64,000 nt of DNA from contig JACOTW010000003.1 of NCBI GenBank assembly GCA_016178135.1, positions 472 through 64,471 on the forward strand. The letters are read 5' to 3'. This document shows positions 17,905-27,367 of the stretch, in pieces. Source of the DNA: Candidatus Saccharimonadota bacterium. Lineage in GTDB: Bacteria; Patescibacteriota; Saccharimonadia; Saccharimonadales; JACOTW01. A program made the translations under genes and the position numbers. Within the stretch, counting starts at the first letter, position 1. Every line of letters starts with the position of its first letter. A model generated the notes under the pieces. That model had not been told where the DNA came from. It searched no databases and worked only from the letters and a program-made list of their open reading frames with translations.

Positions 17905-18762
17905 CTAGGGCAACCATTTATCAAGCGAAATCAAGATAGAAAACAATACATTGACTATTAAGGATAGGTTAAACATACGACGAGCCCAGGCGATATTATC
18001 AGTAGCCTTGAATCCAGCCAGCGCAAAACGTAGCCAAAAAGTACTTACTAGGGTCATAATTATTAGATAAGTATAGCCAGCGTAGCCGAATATCGTTAAT
18101 CCACTTGAAGCTACGAAAAATGCCAGAATATAATAAAATATTTGTTTTTTGGCCTCTAAAATACCATTTTTTACGGTTAAGATTGGCAATTTGGCTGCGA
18201 CATAATCCTCTCTGCGGTAGATACCAATAGAGTAAAAGTGCGGCATTTGCCAGCAAACTAAAATGACGAACAGTAAAAAAGCCCCCCCGTCGAAGCGGTT
18301 AGTAACGGCTACGTATCCGGCGACTAAAGGTGCAGCGCCTGCCAGGCTGCCTATAACTGTACTGTGTATGGAGCGTCGCTTACTAATACCATAAGCAATC
18401 AAATATACTACAACCCCAAAAATACCCATGACGACGGTTCGCCAATTAGTAAATGAAGCCAAAATAATAAACCCCGATAAGCCCAAAAAGGTAGCAAATA
18501 TTAGAGCATTAACCGCGGGAATTGCGCCTGTTACTAGTGGTCGTTTTTTTGTTCTGGACATTTTTTTGTCTACGTCGCGATCTATGTAATTGTTAAAGAC
18601 GCAGCTTGACGCTATAACCAACGCAGTACCGGACAGGACTGCGGCCAGTAGCCCCCAATTAACATTGCCGCGAGCGGCTAGTAAAAAGCCGGCCGTGGCG
18701 GTAATTAGGTTGCCCCGAACAATACCTGGTTTGGTTAATTCATAATAGGACTTAAAATCCAT
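17905..18762 (-). CDS. cyoE: Protoheme IX farnesyltransferase
   Basis: YELTKPGI, NNYIDRDVDKKMSRTKKRPL, WQMPHF. Confidence 0.95.
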   Translation of the reverse strand: MDFKSYYELTKPGIVRGNLITATAGFLLAARGNVNWGLLAAVLSGTALVIASSCVFNNYIDRDVDKKMSRTKKRPLVTGAIPAVNALIFATFLGLSGFIILASFTNWRTVVMGIFGVVVYLIAYGISKRRSIHSTVIGSLAGAAPLVAGYVAVTNRFDGGAFLLFVILVCWQMPHFYSIGIYRREDYVAAKLPILTVKNGILEAKKQIFYYILAFFVASSGLTIFGYAGYTYLIIMTLVSTFWLRFALAGFKATDNIAWARRMFNLSLIVNVLFSILISLDKWLP

Positions 18763-18766
18763 TTTC

Positions 18767-19297
18767 TTAATGACGGTATATTCCTTCCTCTTTTTGTATA
18801 AATTTTTCAGTTTCATCCGGGGACATTTGTCTATAATTTAGGTTATTCATAATCCACAACGAACCAAATACTAGGACGATAACAACTAGCCCGGCGAATA
18901 AAAAGGCCATCAAATTCCAGCGTGGCTTGGATTCTTGACCAAGATTCAGGAAGAATATTAATTGTACGAATAATTGAATGATTGCTAGGAAGATTATAGC
19001 TGCCTTAATAACTCCATGGGTGCCAAAAGTGTGTGCCGATAGGACGTGGTGATTAACCAGCCAATAGGCCAATGAAGTTAGAACGATAGAAGCTATATAT
19101 CCGATTAAACTCGACTTACCCAAAATCATCCGCTCCCAGAGTGAATTATCTCGAGCGAAAACTGTTTTGTCTGAAGGAGAGGTAGCCCTAGTTGCATCGA
19201 CAGAAGAAAAACTGTTTGCAGCCGATAGAATTCGATCTGGGGATGAAGGAGTTTTGGGTAAGTTGATTTTGTAGGGCTTGGATGAACGGCTAGACAT
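18767..19297 (-). CDS. cyoD: Cytochrome o ubiquinol oxidase subunit IV with in-frame family A insertion
   Basis: IGYIASIVLT, QLFVQLIFFLNL, GSLWIMNNLN; ATG immediately follows the cyoC stop. Confidence 0.92.
   Translation of the reverse strand: MSSRSSKPYKINLPKTPSSPDRILSAANSFSSVDATRATSPSDKTVFARDNSLWERMILGKSSLIGYIASIVLTSLAYWLVNHHVLSAHTFGTHGVIKAAIIFLAIIQLFVQLIFFLNLGQESKPRWNLMAFLFAGLVVIVLVFGSLWIMNNLNYRQMSPDETEKFIQKEEGIYRH
19110..19267. repeat. Family A element (158 bp), in frame within cyoD
   Basis: Encodes INLPKTPSSPDRILSAANSFSSVDATRATSPSDKTVFARDNSLWERMILGKSS. Confidence 0.95.
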
Positions 19298-19298
19298 A

Positions 19299-19868
19299 CT
19301 AGAGAACTCCCATTAGATAAACCATTGTAAATATAAAAATCCAGACAATATCCAAAAAGTGCCAGAACATACTAAAGGCAGTTAAGCGTCTGTTGGTTGA
19401 TGATATTATGCCGCGTTGATAAATTTGTGCCATCAAAACAGTGGCCCAAATCAAGCCGATTGTAATGTGTAAGCCGTGTGTTCCTACCAGAGTAAAGAAG
19501 GCCGACAAAAAGCCACTACGCTGCCAGCCATATCCTTCGCTAATAAGTTTTGAAAATTCACTTATTTCTAACCCCAAAAAGGTTAAACCGAGTAAAGAGG
19601 TAGTCATCAGCCAAAGGAGTACTCTAGCACTATTACCACGTCGCGCCGCCAATATCATGAGGCTACTAGTGAAACTGCTGGTTAATAAGATTATTGTCTC
19701 GCTCAATACAAACGGCAATTTGAAAATATCATTTCCAGACGGCCCACCGTAAGTGTTATTTCTAAGGACTGCAAAAGTAGCGAACAGGCTGGCGAACAAC
19801 ACACAGTCAGTCATTAAGTAAATCCAAAATCCAAAAGTTGATCTATCATCTGACTTGTGCTGAATCAT
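19299..19868 (-). CDS. cyoC: Cytochrome o ubiquinol oxidase subunit III
   Basis: [34 protein letters not shown]. Confidence 0.96.
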   Translation of the reverse strand: MIQHKSDDRSTFGFWIYLMTDCVLFASLFATFAVLRNNTYGGPSGNDIFKLPFVLSETIILLTSSFTSSLMILAARRGNSARVLLWLMTTSLLGLTFLGLEISEFSKLISEGYGWQRSGFLSAFFTLVGTHGLHITIGLIWATVLMAQIYQRGIISSTNRRLTAFSMFWHFLDIVWIFIFTMVYLMGVL

Positions 19869-21895
19869 GCGTGTTCCTTACTTTCGTTTATCATGATCTC
19901 AGCGACTGTTATGGTTAGCTCTGTATCGTCATCAGACAGGCGCTGGATCAGGCATATCAACCCGCCAATAAAGCCAACAGCCGCCAACCACCAGATATGC
20001 CAAATAATACTAAAACCAGCCACCAGACTAAAACCAGCCACAAACAAACCCGCACCGGTATTTTTAGGCAATTTAATATCTTTATATTGTGGTTTTTGAT
20101 CGTTGTCGGCAGTTTTTTTCATCGCCCAAAAGGCATCGCGTTCATTAACTTTGGGTATAACGGCAAAATTGTAGAATGGTGGTGGTGAAGTAGTTGACCA
20201 TTCCAGGGTACGACCATCCCACGGGTCGCCTGTTTTATCAAATTCACGTTTTCCAACCAGAGAATCCAGTTTGATTAAAATTGTTCGTCCAACTGAACGT
20301 AACAGTGGTTTATTCCAGGTGGTTTGCAAATCAAAGACACTGACAATAATTTGCAATATTTGCAGCCCTACGCCAATTATTATACACAGCCCGCCAATGG
20401 CCGACACGATAAATAAAGATTGCCAACCTAACGTTGCGTCATAATGATCAAGGCGCCTGGTGGCTCCCATTAAACCAAGAACGTAGAGTGGCATAAAGGC
20501 TAGTAGGAAGCCAATAATCCAAAACCAAAAAGCTAATCGTCCAACGCGTTCATTTAGAATAATTCCAGTAAACTTTGGAAACCAATAAGCCAGACCAGCA
20601 AAAAAACCAAACAAAACACCGCCGATAATCATATTATGAAAATGAGCTACCAGAAATAGACTATTATGAACCTGGAAATCAATGGCTGGCACGGACATCA
20701 AGACGCCAGTTGCGCCACCAATAGTAAAAGTCATCACGAAGCCTAAAAACCATAACATAGGCGTAGTAAATCGAATCCGACCACGGAACATAGTAAACAA
20801 CCAGTTAAATATCTTGACGCCAGTTGGAATGGCTATAATCATTGTCATAATGCCAAAGAACGCATTGACATCAGCTCCGGCACCCATGGTAAAGAAATGG
20901 TGAACCCAGACAATAAACGACAAAAAAGTAATCCCGCCTAGTGCTCCGACCATTGACTTATAACCAAATAATCTTTTACTGGAAAAAGTAGCCACAACCT
21001 CTGAAAATATACCAAACGCTGGCAAGACCAGAATATAAACTTCCGGATGTCCCCAGGCCCATATCAAATTAATATACATCATGGCATTACCGCCCCCGCC
21101 AGACGTGAAAAAATGCATGCCCAATAAGCGATCTAGTGATAGCATGGCAAGCGTGGCTGTTAAGATTGGAAAAGCAAATAGGACCAGCATCATACTGCCT
21201 AGGACGCTCCATATAAAGATGGGCATTTTCATTAGTGTCATGCCTGGCGCGCGTAGTTTGATGATCGTGACTAAGAAATTAATGCCAGACATCAAGCTAC
21301 CTATACCGGCAATTTGCAGGCTCCATATCCAATAATCCACACCTACACCTGGACTGAAGTCTATACCAGATAAAGGTGGGTAGGCCAGCCAGCCAGCGGC
21401 TGAAAATTCACCAACAACTAACGAAGAGTTTATTAGTAATATACCAGCAATGTATAACCAAAAACTAAGTGAATTGAGGAATGGAAAAGCTACATCACGA
21501 GAGCCAATTTGCAAGGGTACGATCAGGTTAAGTAGCCCAAACATAAAACCCATGGCAACAAAGAAGATCATTATTGTTCCGTGTGCCGAGAAAACTTGCT
21601 GAAAAGTATCAGTACTAATTATGCCATGCGATCCGCCCACCGATGTTGCTTGCTGAATTCGCATCATGGCCGCGTCAGCCGCACCACGGAGTAGCATGAG
21701 TGTAGCGGCAATGATATACATTACACCAATACGTTTCGGATCTAGTGATGTTAGCCATTCTCTCCAAAGCCATTTCCACTTTTTGAAATATGTTAGTAGT
21801 ACAATAATGGCCAAAATTGATAATAAGCCGCCGATTATACCGCCAGTTGTGATTGGATCATGTTTGAAGGCCTCTAAAGTTAATCTTCCAAACAT
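19865..21895 (-). CDS. cyoB: Cytochrome o ubiquinol oxidase subunit I
   Basis: [21 protein letters not shown] heme-copper ligands. Confidence 0.97.
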   Translation of the reverse strand: MFGRLTLEAFKHDPITTGGIIGGLLSILAIIVLLTYFKKWKWLWREWLTSLDPKRIGVMYIIAATLMLLRGAADAAMMRIQQATSVGGSHGIISTDTFQQVFSAHGTIMIFFVAMGFMFGLLNLIVPLQIGSRDVAFPFLNSLSFWLYIAGILLINSSLVVGEFSAAGWLAYPPLSGIDFSPGVGVDYWIWSLQIAGIGSLMSGINFLVTIIKLRAPGMTLMKMPIFIWSVLGSMMLVLFAFPILTATLAMLSLDRLLGMHFFTSGGGGNAMMYINLIWAWGHPEVYILVLPAFGIFSEVVATFSSKRLFGYKSMVGALGGITFLSFIVWVHHFFTMGAGADVNAFFGIMTMIIAIPTGVKIFNWLFTMFRGRIRFTTPMLWFLGFVMTFTIGGATGVLMSVPAIDFQVHNSLFLVAHFHNMIIGGVLFGFFAGLAYWFPKFTGIILNERVGRLAFWFWIIGFLLAFMPLYVLGLMGATRRLDHYDATLGWQSLFIVSAIGGLCIIIGVGLQILQIIVSVFDLQTTWNKPLLRSVGRTILIKLDSLVGKREFDKTGDPWDGRTLEWSTTSPPPFYNFAVIPKVNERDAFWAMKKTADNDQKPQYKDIKLPKNTGAGLFVAGFSLVAGFSIIWHIWWLAAVGFIGGLICLIQRLSDDDTELTITVAEIMINESKEHA

Positions 21896-21898
21896 TGC

Positions 21899-22792
21899 CT
21901 ACATACTCCCGTCATTTGATGAGTTTAATTTATGGGTATGTGGTCCAAATTTGTTTATAACTGATTGATATAGGTTGTCATTAAGTAACGAATATGACGT
22001 AACTGGGTTGTTTAGACTTGGTGTGGCCAAGTGGGCGTAGGCATTCATGTCTAAACGCTGCCTTGTTTGTTGGCTATCCGCTACCCACCTTTCAAAATCA
22101 TCCAATGAAGATGCTTGAGCGGTAAAATTCATGCTGGCGTGACCCATACCGCTTAAATTTGCTGAAACGCCTCGAAAAGTACCGATTTGAGTAGCCAAAA
22201 GATGCAATCTTGTTGACATCCCACTCATTGCGTATATTTGCCCACCTAATTCTGGAATCCAAAAAGAATTCATCGGAGCATCGGCAGTTAGTTCAAAATT
22301 TAGTGGTGTGTCTACCGGAAATCGGACTTGGTTGATAGTTGCTATGCCCTGTTCAGGATAAATAAATAGCCATTTCCACTGCAGGGCAACAACCTGAATA
22401 GTTAAAGGTTTTTTGTTAACCGATATGGCTCGCATTGGATCCAGGTCATGGGAGCTACGCCACGTTACAACTGATAGGATCAAAATAACAATCAGCGGAA
22501 TGCCCCACCAAGCCACCTCCAGATACCTGTTATTATCCCACTCCGGAGAATATTTGGCATTTTTGTTAGAAGCCCTGTAATGCCATGTAATGCCTATGGT
22601 GAGCAAGAAAACTGGCGCAATCACGAACAAGCTTAACAGAACAGCAAACATTATTAATTGGCGTTGTTCAAATGCGATAAAGCCTTTTGGGGATAGCACA
22701 GATATATTGTTGCCACCAAGCATAAAAACGCCACCAATGATAACGGTCATGGCTAATAATATAAAAACGGGCAGTTTATGACCCTGGCGCAT
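21899..22792 (-). CDS. cyoA: Cytochrome o ubiquinol oxidase subunit II
   Basis: WKWLFIYPEQGIATIN, MNSFWIPELGGQIYAM; no CuA Cys. Confidence 0.95.
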   Translation of the reverse strand: MRQGHKLPVFILLAMTVIIGGVFMLGGNNISVLSPKGFIAFEQRQLIMFAVLLSLFVIAPVFLLTIGITWHYRASNKNAKYSPEWDNNRYLEVAWWGIPLIVILILSVVTWRSSHDLDPMRAISVNKKPLTIQVVALQWKWLFIYPEQGIATINQVRFPVDTPLNFELTADAPMNSFWIPELGGQIYAMSGMSTRLHLLATQIGTFRGVSANLSGMGHASMNFTAQASSLDDFERWVADSQQTRQRLDMNAYAHLATPSLNNPVTSYSLLNDNLYQSVINKFGPHTHKLNSSNDGSM

Positions 22793-22933
22793 CCCTCACC
22801 CCAATCTATGGTTATTCCTACACAAGCTTATATGATTGATAACGAGTTGGCAATCAGCAGGTTCGGGGTTTAAAGCACAGGGATTGGTCGGCGAATGGAT
22901 TTTATTCGTGTAAGTCCGGTAAACTATCAATAC

Positions 22934-24346
22934 ATGAAAGTTACGATCGTTACATGCTACAAAGATCCTGATTATGTACGGGCTCGTACTTTGCGTGCGG
23001 GCTTGGCTGCCAATGCGGGAGTTGAGATGACTATCGTAAAAAACAAACATAAAAATATCTTGCGCTATCCAGAGACTATTATCCGACTAGTCATTGACCG
23101 CATTAACAATAGACCAGATGCTTATATCTTGACGTTTCGCGGTTACGAAATATTGCCTTTTTTACAGCTAATCGCTTGGTCAAAACCAATTATATTTGAT
23201 GAATTTATCAATCCGTTGGAATGGTTGGCGGAGCCACGGCACGAAAAATGGGTAGGGCTGATTCCTAAAAAGGCCCTGAAGAAGTTTTACGTCGCTTTGC
23301 TTGGGCGTTGTCGTTTTATCCTGGCTGATACTCAAGCGCACGCCGATTACAGCGTCAAATTAAGCGGTCAGCAAACAAATGTACTGGACTCACCCAAAAC
23401 CCCTCGTTCCCAGGGCGAATCAGCTCGAGCGAAAACAGTTTTATCTGAAGGAGAGGTAGCCTTAGCTACATCGAGAGAAGAAAAACCGTTTGTAGCCGAT
23501 AGAATTCGATCTGGGGATGAGGGAGTTTTCGACAGGTCCAGTAAATACTGGGCAATACCTGTCGGTACTGACGAGACGGTTTTTGATTATAAACTGGACT
23601 TACGCAAAATCGCCCGTTCCCAGGGCAAATCAGTTCGAGTTGGAAGTGGTTTTACCGAAGGAGAGGTAGCCATATCTACATTGAAAGAAGGCAGACCACT
23701 ACCAGCCGAGATTAGTTGGTCTGGGGATGGGGGAGTTTTGCGTAAGTCCAGTAAAGTTCGGGTTTTAGAAAAATACTTCCAAGTATTTTATTACGGCAAC
23801 ATGTTACCCCTTCATGGACTGGAATATGTTTTGGAAGCGGCTGTTTTATTGAAAAATAATCAAAACATAAAGTTTTTGATCGTTGGGGGCAACAGTAGAA
23901 CAGTTAAAATGATAAAAAACGCGCAACAACAAGGAGCAAAAATTAAGTATCAGAACTGGATTCCATTTGAAGAATTACCAAAAGTTATTGCCACTTCTAG
24001 TTTATGTTTAGGCGGGCCATTTGGTAAAACAAATCAAGCACAAAAAGTAATTACAGGTAAAACTTACCAGTTTTTAGCCAGCGGTGCGGCTACGTTGATT
24101 GGCAATACAGAAGCCAGTGCTTTGTTTATTGATAAGAAAAATAGCTTAGTTGTGCCGCTAGCCGATCCGCTAGCTCTAGCTACGACCATTGATTGGGCTT
24201 ATCAGCACCGGCAACAACTTCCGGCAATTGGTCAAGCCGGCAACAGGCTTTATCAGGAAAACTTTTCGGTGCGTATTATTACTGGCGAATTGTCAGCTAT
24301 TTTGACCAAACTTGCTTCTGGCATGAGTAATAATCGCCATCACTAA
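22934..24346 (+). CDS. GT4 (GT-B) glycosyltransferase with two in-frame family A insertions
   Basis: FILADTQAHADY..AIPVGTDETVF..FYYGNMLPLHGLEYVLEAA..KTYQFLASG; start placed at MKVTIV. Confidence 0.85.
   Translation: MKVTIVTCYKDPDYVRARTLRAGLAANAGVEMTIVKNKHKNILRYPETIIRLVIDRINNRPDAYILTFRGYEILPFLQLIAWSKPIIFDEFINPLEWLAEPRHEKWVGLIPKKALKKFYVALLGRCRFILADTQAHADYSVKLSGQQTNVLDSPKTPRSQGESARAKTVLSEGEVALATSREEKPFVADRIRSGDEGVFDRSSKYWAIPVGTDETVFDYKLDLRKIARSQGKSVRVGSGFTEGEVAISTLKEGRPLPAEISWSGDGGVLRKSSKVRVLEKYFQVFYYGNMLPLHGLEYVLEAAVLLKNNQNIKFLIVGGNSRTVKMIKNAQQQGAKIKYQNWIPFEELPKVIATSSLCLGGPFGKTNQAQKVITGKTYQFLASGAATLIGNTEASALFIDKKNSLVVPLADPLALATTIDWAYQHRQQLPAIGQAGNRLYQENFSVRIITGELSAILTKLASGMSNNRHH
23384..23541. 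repeat. Family A element (158 bp), in frame
   Basis: Encodes LDSPKTPRSQGESARAKTVLSEGEVALATSREEKPFVADRIRSGDEGVFDRSS. Confidence 0.95.
23594..23751. repeat. Family A element (158 bp), in frame, TAAA duplication
   Basis: Encodes LDLRKIARSQGKSVRVGSGFTEGEVAISTLKEGRPLPAEISWSGDGGVLRKSS; TAAA on both flanks. Confidence 0.95.
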
Positions 24347-25486
24347 CAGTAGTCCTAGTAATATTAAGTAGATTCCGCGGTCGAGTATATTGGCGGCGAC
24401 TATGGTGTCGCTGTTGATGTGGTGCGAGCGTTGCGAGAAAAATAAAAATGATTCGCGAAACCCTAGAGCTCCTGGGGTTAACGAAACGAACAAAGCAAAG
24501 TTAGCAGCTCCTGTATATGTCAAAACTTGGGAAAAAGAAACCGACACATTAGTAGCACGAATCTCAAAAAAATAGATAGTTGCCACAAGACTTATTTGTA
24601 ATAGTGTGAAAAGTGCTAATTTACTTGCCAGAATACCTTTTTTAGAAATTGTCATTGTTTTACTCGACCCACCCAAAACCTCCCCACCCCCAGATGGAAT
24701 TCTGTCGGTTGCGAACAGTTTTTCTTCTCTAGATGTAGCTAAGGCTACCTCTCTTTCAGACAAAACAGTTTTCGCTCGAACTGATTCACTCTGGGAATGG
24801 ACGATTTTGTGTGAGTCGAGGTTGTTTTTCTTAAAATAAAACAAAACTCCAAAGATGCCTGCCCCAAATATTAACAAAAATAGTACACTGTGCCATGAAG
24901 ATTGACTACCAAAAAATAGAAATGAGGCACTAATAAAGGCAAAAAAAGCGTAATAAAGTAAAGTTGCTCCAGAGTAGGCTTTTAGACTAACGCCATGTTG
25001 TTTTTTTAAATAAACCGCCCGAAACCCGGGCCCGCTCTGTAGTGGTCCAAAAAAATTGACTATCGATGAGTAAATAGTCAGCAACGAGTTTTCTTTTAGA
25101 GACAACTTAACTCCACAAAGCCTAAGAATCGTATCGTAGACAAGAATTAGCGATGCAATTGTTAATACATACAAACCGAGTATTAATATCAGGGTACCTA
25201 CGTTTATTTGTCGTAATTGATCAATAACGCCTGAATGAGTTTTGAGATAGTAAAAAAAAGTTCCCAAAGTTAGAGCTAGGACACTAATACCAAGAAAACG
25301 TTTTAACCATCCTATACTCGACTTACTCAAAATCCCTCCATCCCCAGATCGAGTTCTATCGGCTGCAAACAGTTTTTTCTTTCTAGATGTACCTTCAGGT
25401 ACCTCCCCTTCAGATGAGACAGTTTTCGCTCGAGCTAATTCACTCTGGGAACGGACGATTTTGCGTAAGTTGAGTATAACCACCAA
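24293..25486 (-). CDS. UPF0104 / LPG-synthase-TM flippase-like membrane protein with two family A insertions
   Basis: VNFFGPLQSGPGFRAVYLKK, SLTPGALGFRE, ILDRGIY; start codon uncertain (TTG/GTG). Confidence 0.8.
   Translation of the reverse strand: MVVILNLRKIVRSQSELARAKTVSSEGEVPEGTSRKKKLFAADRTRSGDGGILSKSSIGWLKRFLGISVLALTLGTFFYYLKTHSGVIDQLRQINVGTLILILGLYVLTIASLILVYDTILRLCGVKLSLKENSLLTIYSSIVNFFGPLQSGPGFRAVYLKKQHGVSLKAYSGATLLYYAFFAFISASFLFFGSQSSWHSVLFLLIFGAGIFGVLFYFKKNNLDSHKIVHSQSESVRAKTVLSEREVALATSREEKLFATDRIPSGGGEVLGGSSKTMTISKKGILASKLALFTLLQISLVATIYFFEIRATNVSVSFSQVLTYTGAANFALFVSLTPGALGFRESFLFFSQRSHHINSDTIVAANILDRGIYLILLGLLLVMAIITHARSKFGQNS
24663..24820. repeat. Family A element (158 bp), in frame
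   Basis: Encodes LDSHKIVHSQSESVRAKTVLSEREVALATSREEKLFATDRIPSGGGEVLGGSS on the minus strand. Confidence 0.95.
25317..25474. repeat. Family A element (158 bp), TATA duplication, in frame near N-terminus
   Basis: TATA on both flanks; encodes LNLRKIVRSQSELARAK...GILSKSS. Confidence 0.93.
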
Positions 25487-25537
25487 CCTACATTAACATA
25501 ATTTACATGCTCCAGTGTGTTAGTGTGATTTAATAAG

Positions 25538-27367
25538 ATGATGTTGAAGCAGCAGGAGAAAAAACGTGAAATTATTGATGTTGTCGCACGACTGTTGAGC
25601 TCGCGAAAATTTTTCTATATAACGATTGTTTTTTTTGTTTTTCAGGCAGCCTGGATAGCTTTGTCCGGACTTTATCCTATGGCTTTTGATGAGAATACTC
25701 ATCTTGGAATTATCAGGATATATGCTAATCATCTTTCACCTTTTTGGTCGAGACAGCCGGAAGGTACTGTTGTGTTAGGGGCTATTACTCGCGATCCCTC
25801 GTATTTTTACCATTACATTATGAGTTTTCCGTATAGGCTGATTGATGATGTTTTTCGCACGGAAATGTCCCAAGTGTTGGTACTTAGATTTATTAGTATA
25901 GTCTTTTTTGTTTGTGGCCTATTGCTTTATCGTCGGGTTCTCAAATACAGCAAAGCATCAGATCTAACTGTCAATGTCGTAATGGCGCTTTTGGTATTAA
26001 CGCCGGTTGTGCCATTTTTGGCTGCTCAAATCAATTACGACAATTTGATATTTGCACTTTGCGGACTGATTATCTTGCTAACATTGCAAATATCGGAAAG
26101 ACTTAACTGGACTTACGCGAAATCGCTCGTTCCTGGGGATAATCAGCTCGAGCGAGAACAGTCTCATCTGAAAGAGAAGCGCGTAAAGGTGCATCGAAAG
26201 AGAGAAAACTGTTTGCAGCCGAGGTTAGTCGGTCTGGGGATGAGGGAGCTTGCGACAGATCCAGTTGAACAGGGTCAAATTGACGCCAAACGAATCCTAT
26301 TGGTAATTATAGTTGGCTTGTTTGCCAGTATTGTGAAATATGCGTTTTTGCCAATTTTTATTGCAGTTTTAGTATGGTTAAGTTTTGATTTGAAGAAATA
26401 TGGTGGTGGTGCGATATTTAGACTGTTTGTGAATTCTTTTCGGAAGATTGTATGGCCAGTCAAAACCATACTTGTCATATTATTGATTATTGGAGCCGGA
26501 TTATTTACGGAACGCTACGGCATAAATACGCTACGCTACCATACGCCCACACCGGAATGCGACCAAGTTCTAAGTATTGAACAGTGCTTAGAATACGGAC
26601 CGTGGAGACGAAATTATCTCACCCATCAAGACAAAATCAACGGAAAACTTACTGTCAATAATGCTAGTGACCCTATTTCTTATACACTCAAAACATGGGC
26701 TGAAACAATGGTTTATAAATTGTTTTTTGTGAGTAATGGGCCGGCGAGTCAGTTTTGGATTGGTAATCCACTACCTGTACCGCTTGCTTTAGCCACGGGG
26801 TTTGGGATTGTTGGGGTTCTCTTGGCTTTGTGCTGGCAGAGAGAGTTACGCAAAAAATATAAACTGGGTCTTTTTGGTTTATTGACGGGTGTTTATGTAA
26901 TGGTTTTATGGGGTCAGAATTACATGGATTTTTTGCATATTGGTTATCCGTTTGCTATACAAGGACGATATTTGCTACCTATTTTGCCATTCGTATATCT
27001 TATATTAGTTCTAGCTATGAAGGCTCAACGACACACGAGTTTCGCACTTAGCCATTGCCCCAGATCACACCTGAACGGCTACAAACTTCCATCCCTCACT
27101 CAGCATAACTACAGTTATGCCTCCCTCGGATTAAAAGTTTTCGCTTGTTCAGTTGCAACCTGGCATCAACGGCTAAGTGCGAAACTCGTGCGACAGCTAA
27201 AAATAGGATTGGCGGTTACGATTTTGTTTATTTTGTTTATTCAGGGCGGTGGTCTGGTAACTTATATTGTTCGGAGTGACCAAACATGGTATTGGCCCAA
27301 TCAAACGATCGTGAATATCAATGATACCGCCCGCAAAATTCTTAAAACGTTTATTATTGGTTCTTGA
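25538..27367 (+). CDS. GT-C-like multi-pass membrane protein with family A and family B insertions
   Basis: AFDENTH acidic loop, QINYDNL, IQGRYLLP, many TM helices. Confidence 0.7.
   Translation: MMLKQQEKKREIIDVVARLLSSRKFFYITIVFFVFQAAWIALSGLYPMAFDENTHLGIIRIYANHLSPFWSRQPEGTVVLGAITRDPSYFYHYIMSFPYRLIDDVFRTEMSQVLVLRFISIVFFVCGLLLYRRVLKYSKASDLTVNVVMALLVLTPVVPFLAAQINYDNLIFALCGLIILLTLQISERLNWTYAKSLVPGDNQLEREQSHLKEKRVKVHRKRENCLQPRLVGLGMRELATDPVEQGQIDAKRILLVIIVGLFASIVKYAFLPIFIAVLVWLSFDLKKYGGGAIFRLFVNSFRKIVWPVKTILVILLIIGAGLFTERYGINTLRYHTPTPECDQVLSIEQCLEYGPWRRNYLTHQDKINGKLTVNNASDPISYTLKTWAETMVYKLFFVSNGPASQFWIGNPLPVPLALATGFGIVGVLLALCWQRELRKKYKLGLFGLLTGVYVMVLWGQNYMDFLHIGYPFAIQGRYLLPILPFVYLILVLAMKAQRHTSFALSHCPRSHLNGYKLPSLTQHNYSYASLGLKVFACSVATWHQRLSAKLVRQLKIGLAVTILFILFIQGGGLVTYIVRSDQTWYWPNQTIVNINDTARKILKTFIIGS
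26107..26264. repeat. Family A element (158 bp), in frame in an alternative reading frame
   Basis: Encodes WTYAKSLVPGDNQLEREQSHLKEKRVKVHRKRENCLQPRLVGLGMRELATDP; flanks TTAA/TTGA. Confidence 0.92.
27034..27190. repeat. Family B element, in frame
   Basis: 20-bp IR CACGAGTTTCGCACTTAGCC / GGCTAAGTGCGAAACTCGTG; encodes TSFALSHCPRSHLNG...WHQRLSAKLV. Confidence 0.88.

Noticed and set aside
19110-27190. Inteins or group I/II introns as the explanation for in-frame inserts
   Set aside because: No Cys/Ser...His-Asn intein ends, too short for self-splicing introns, and read in different frames and orientations
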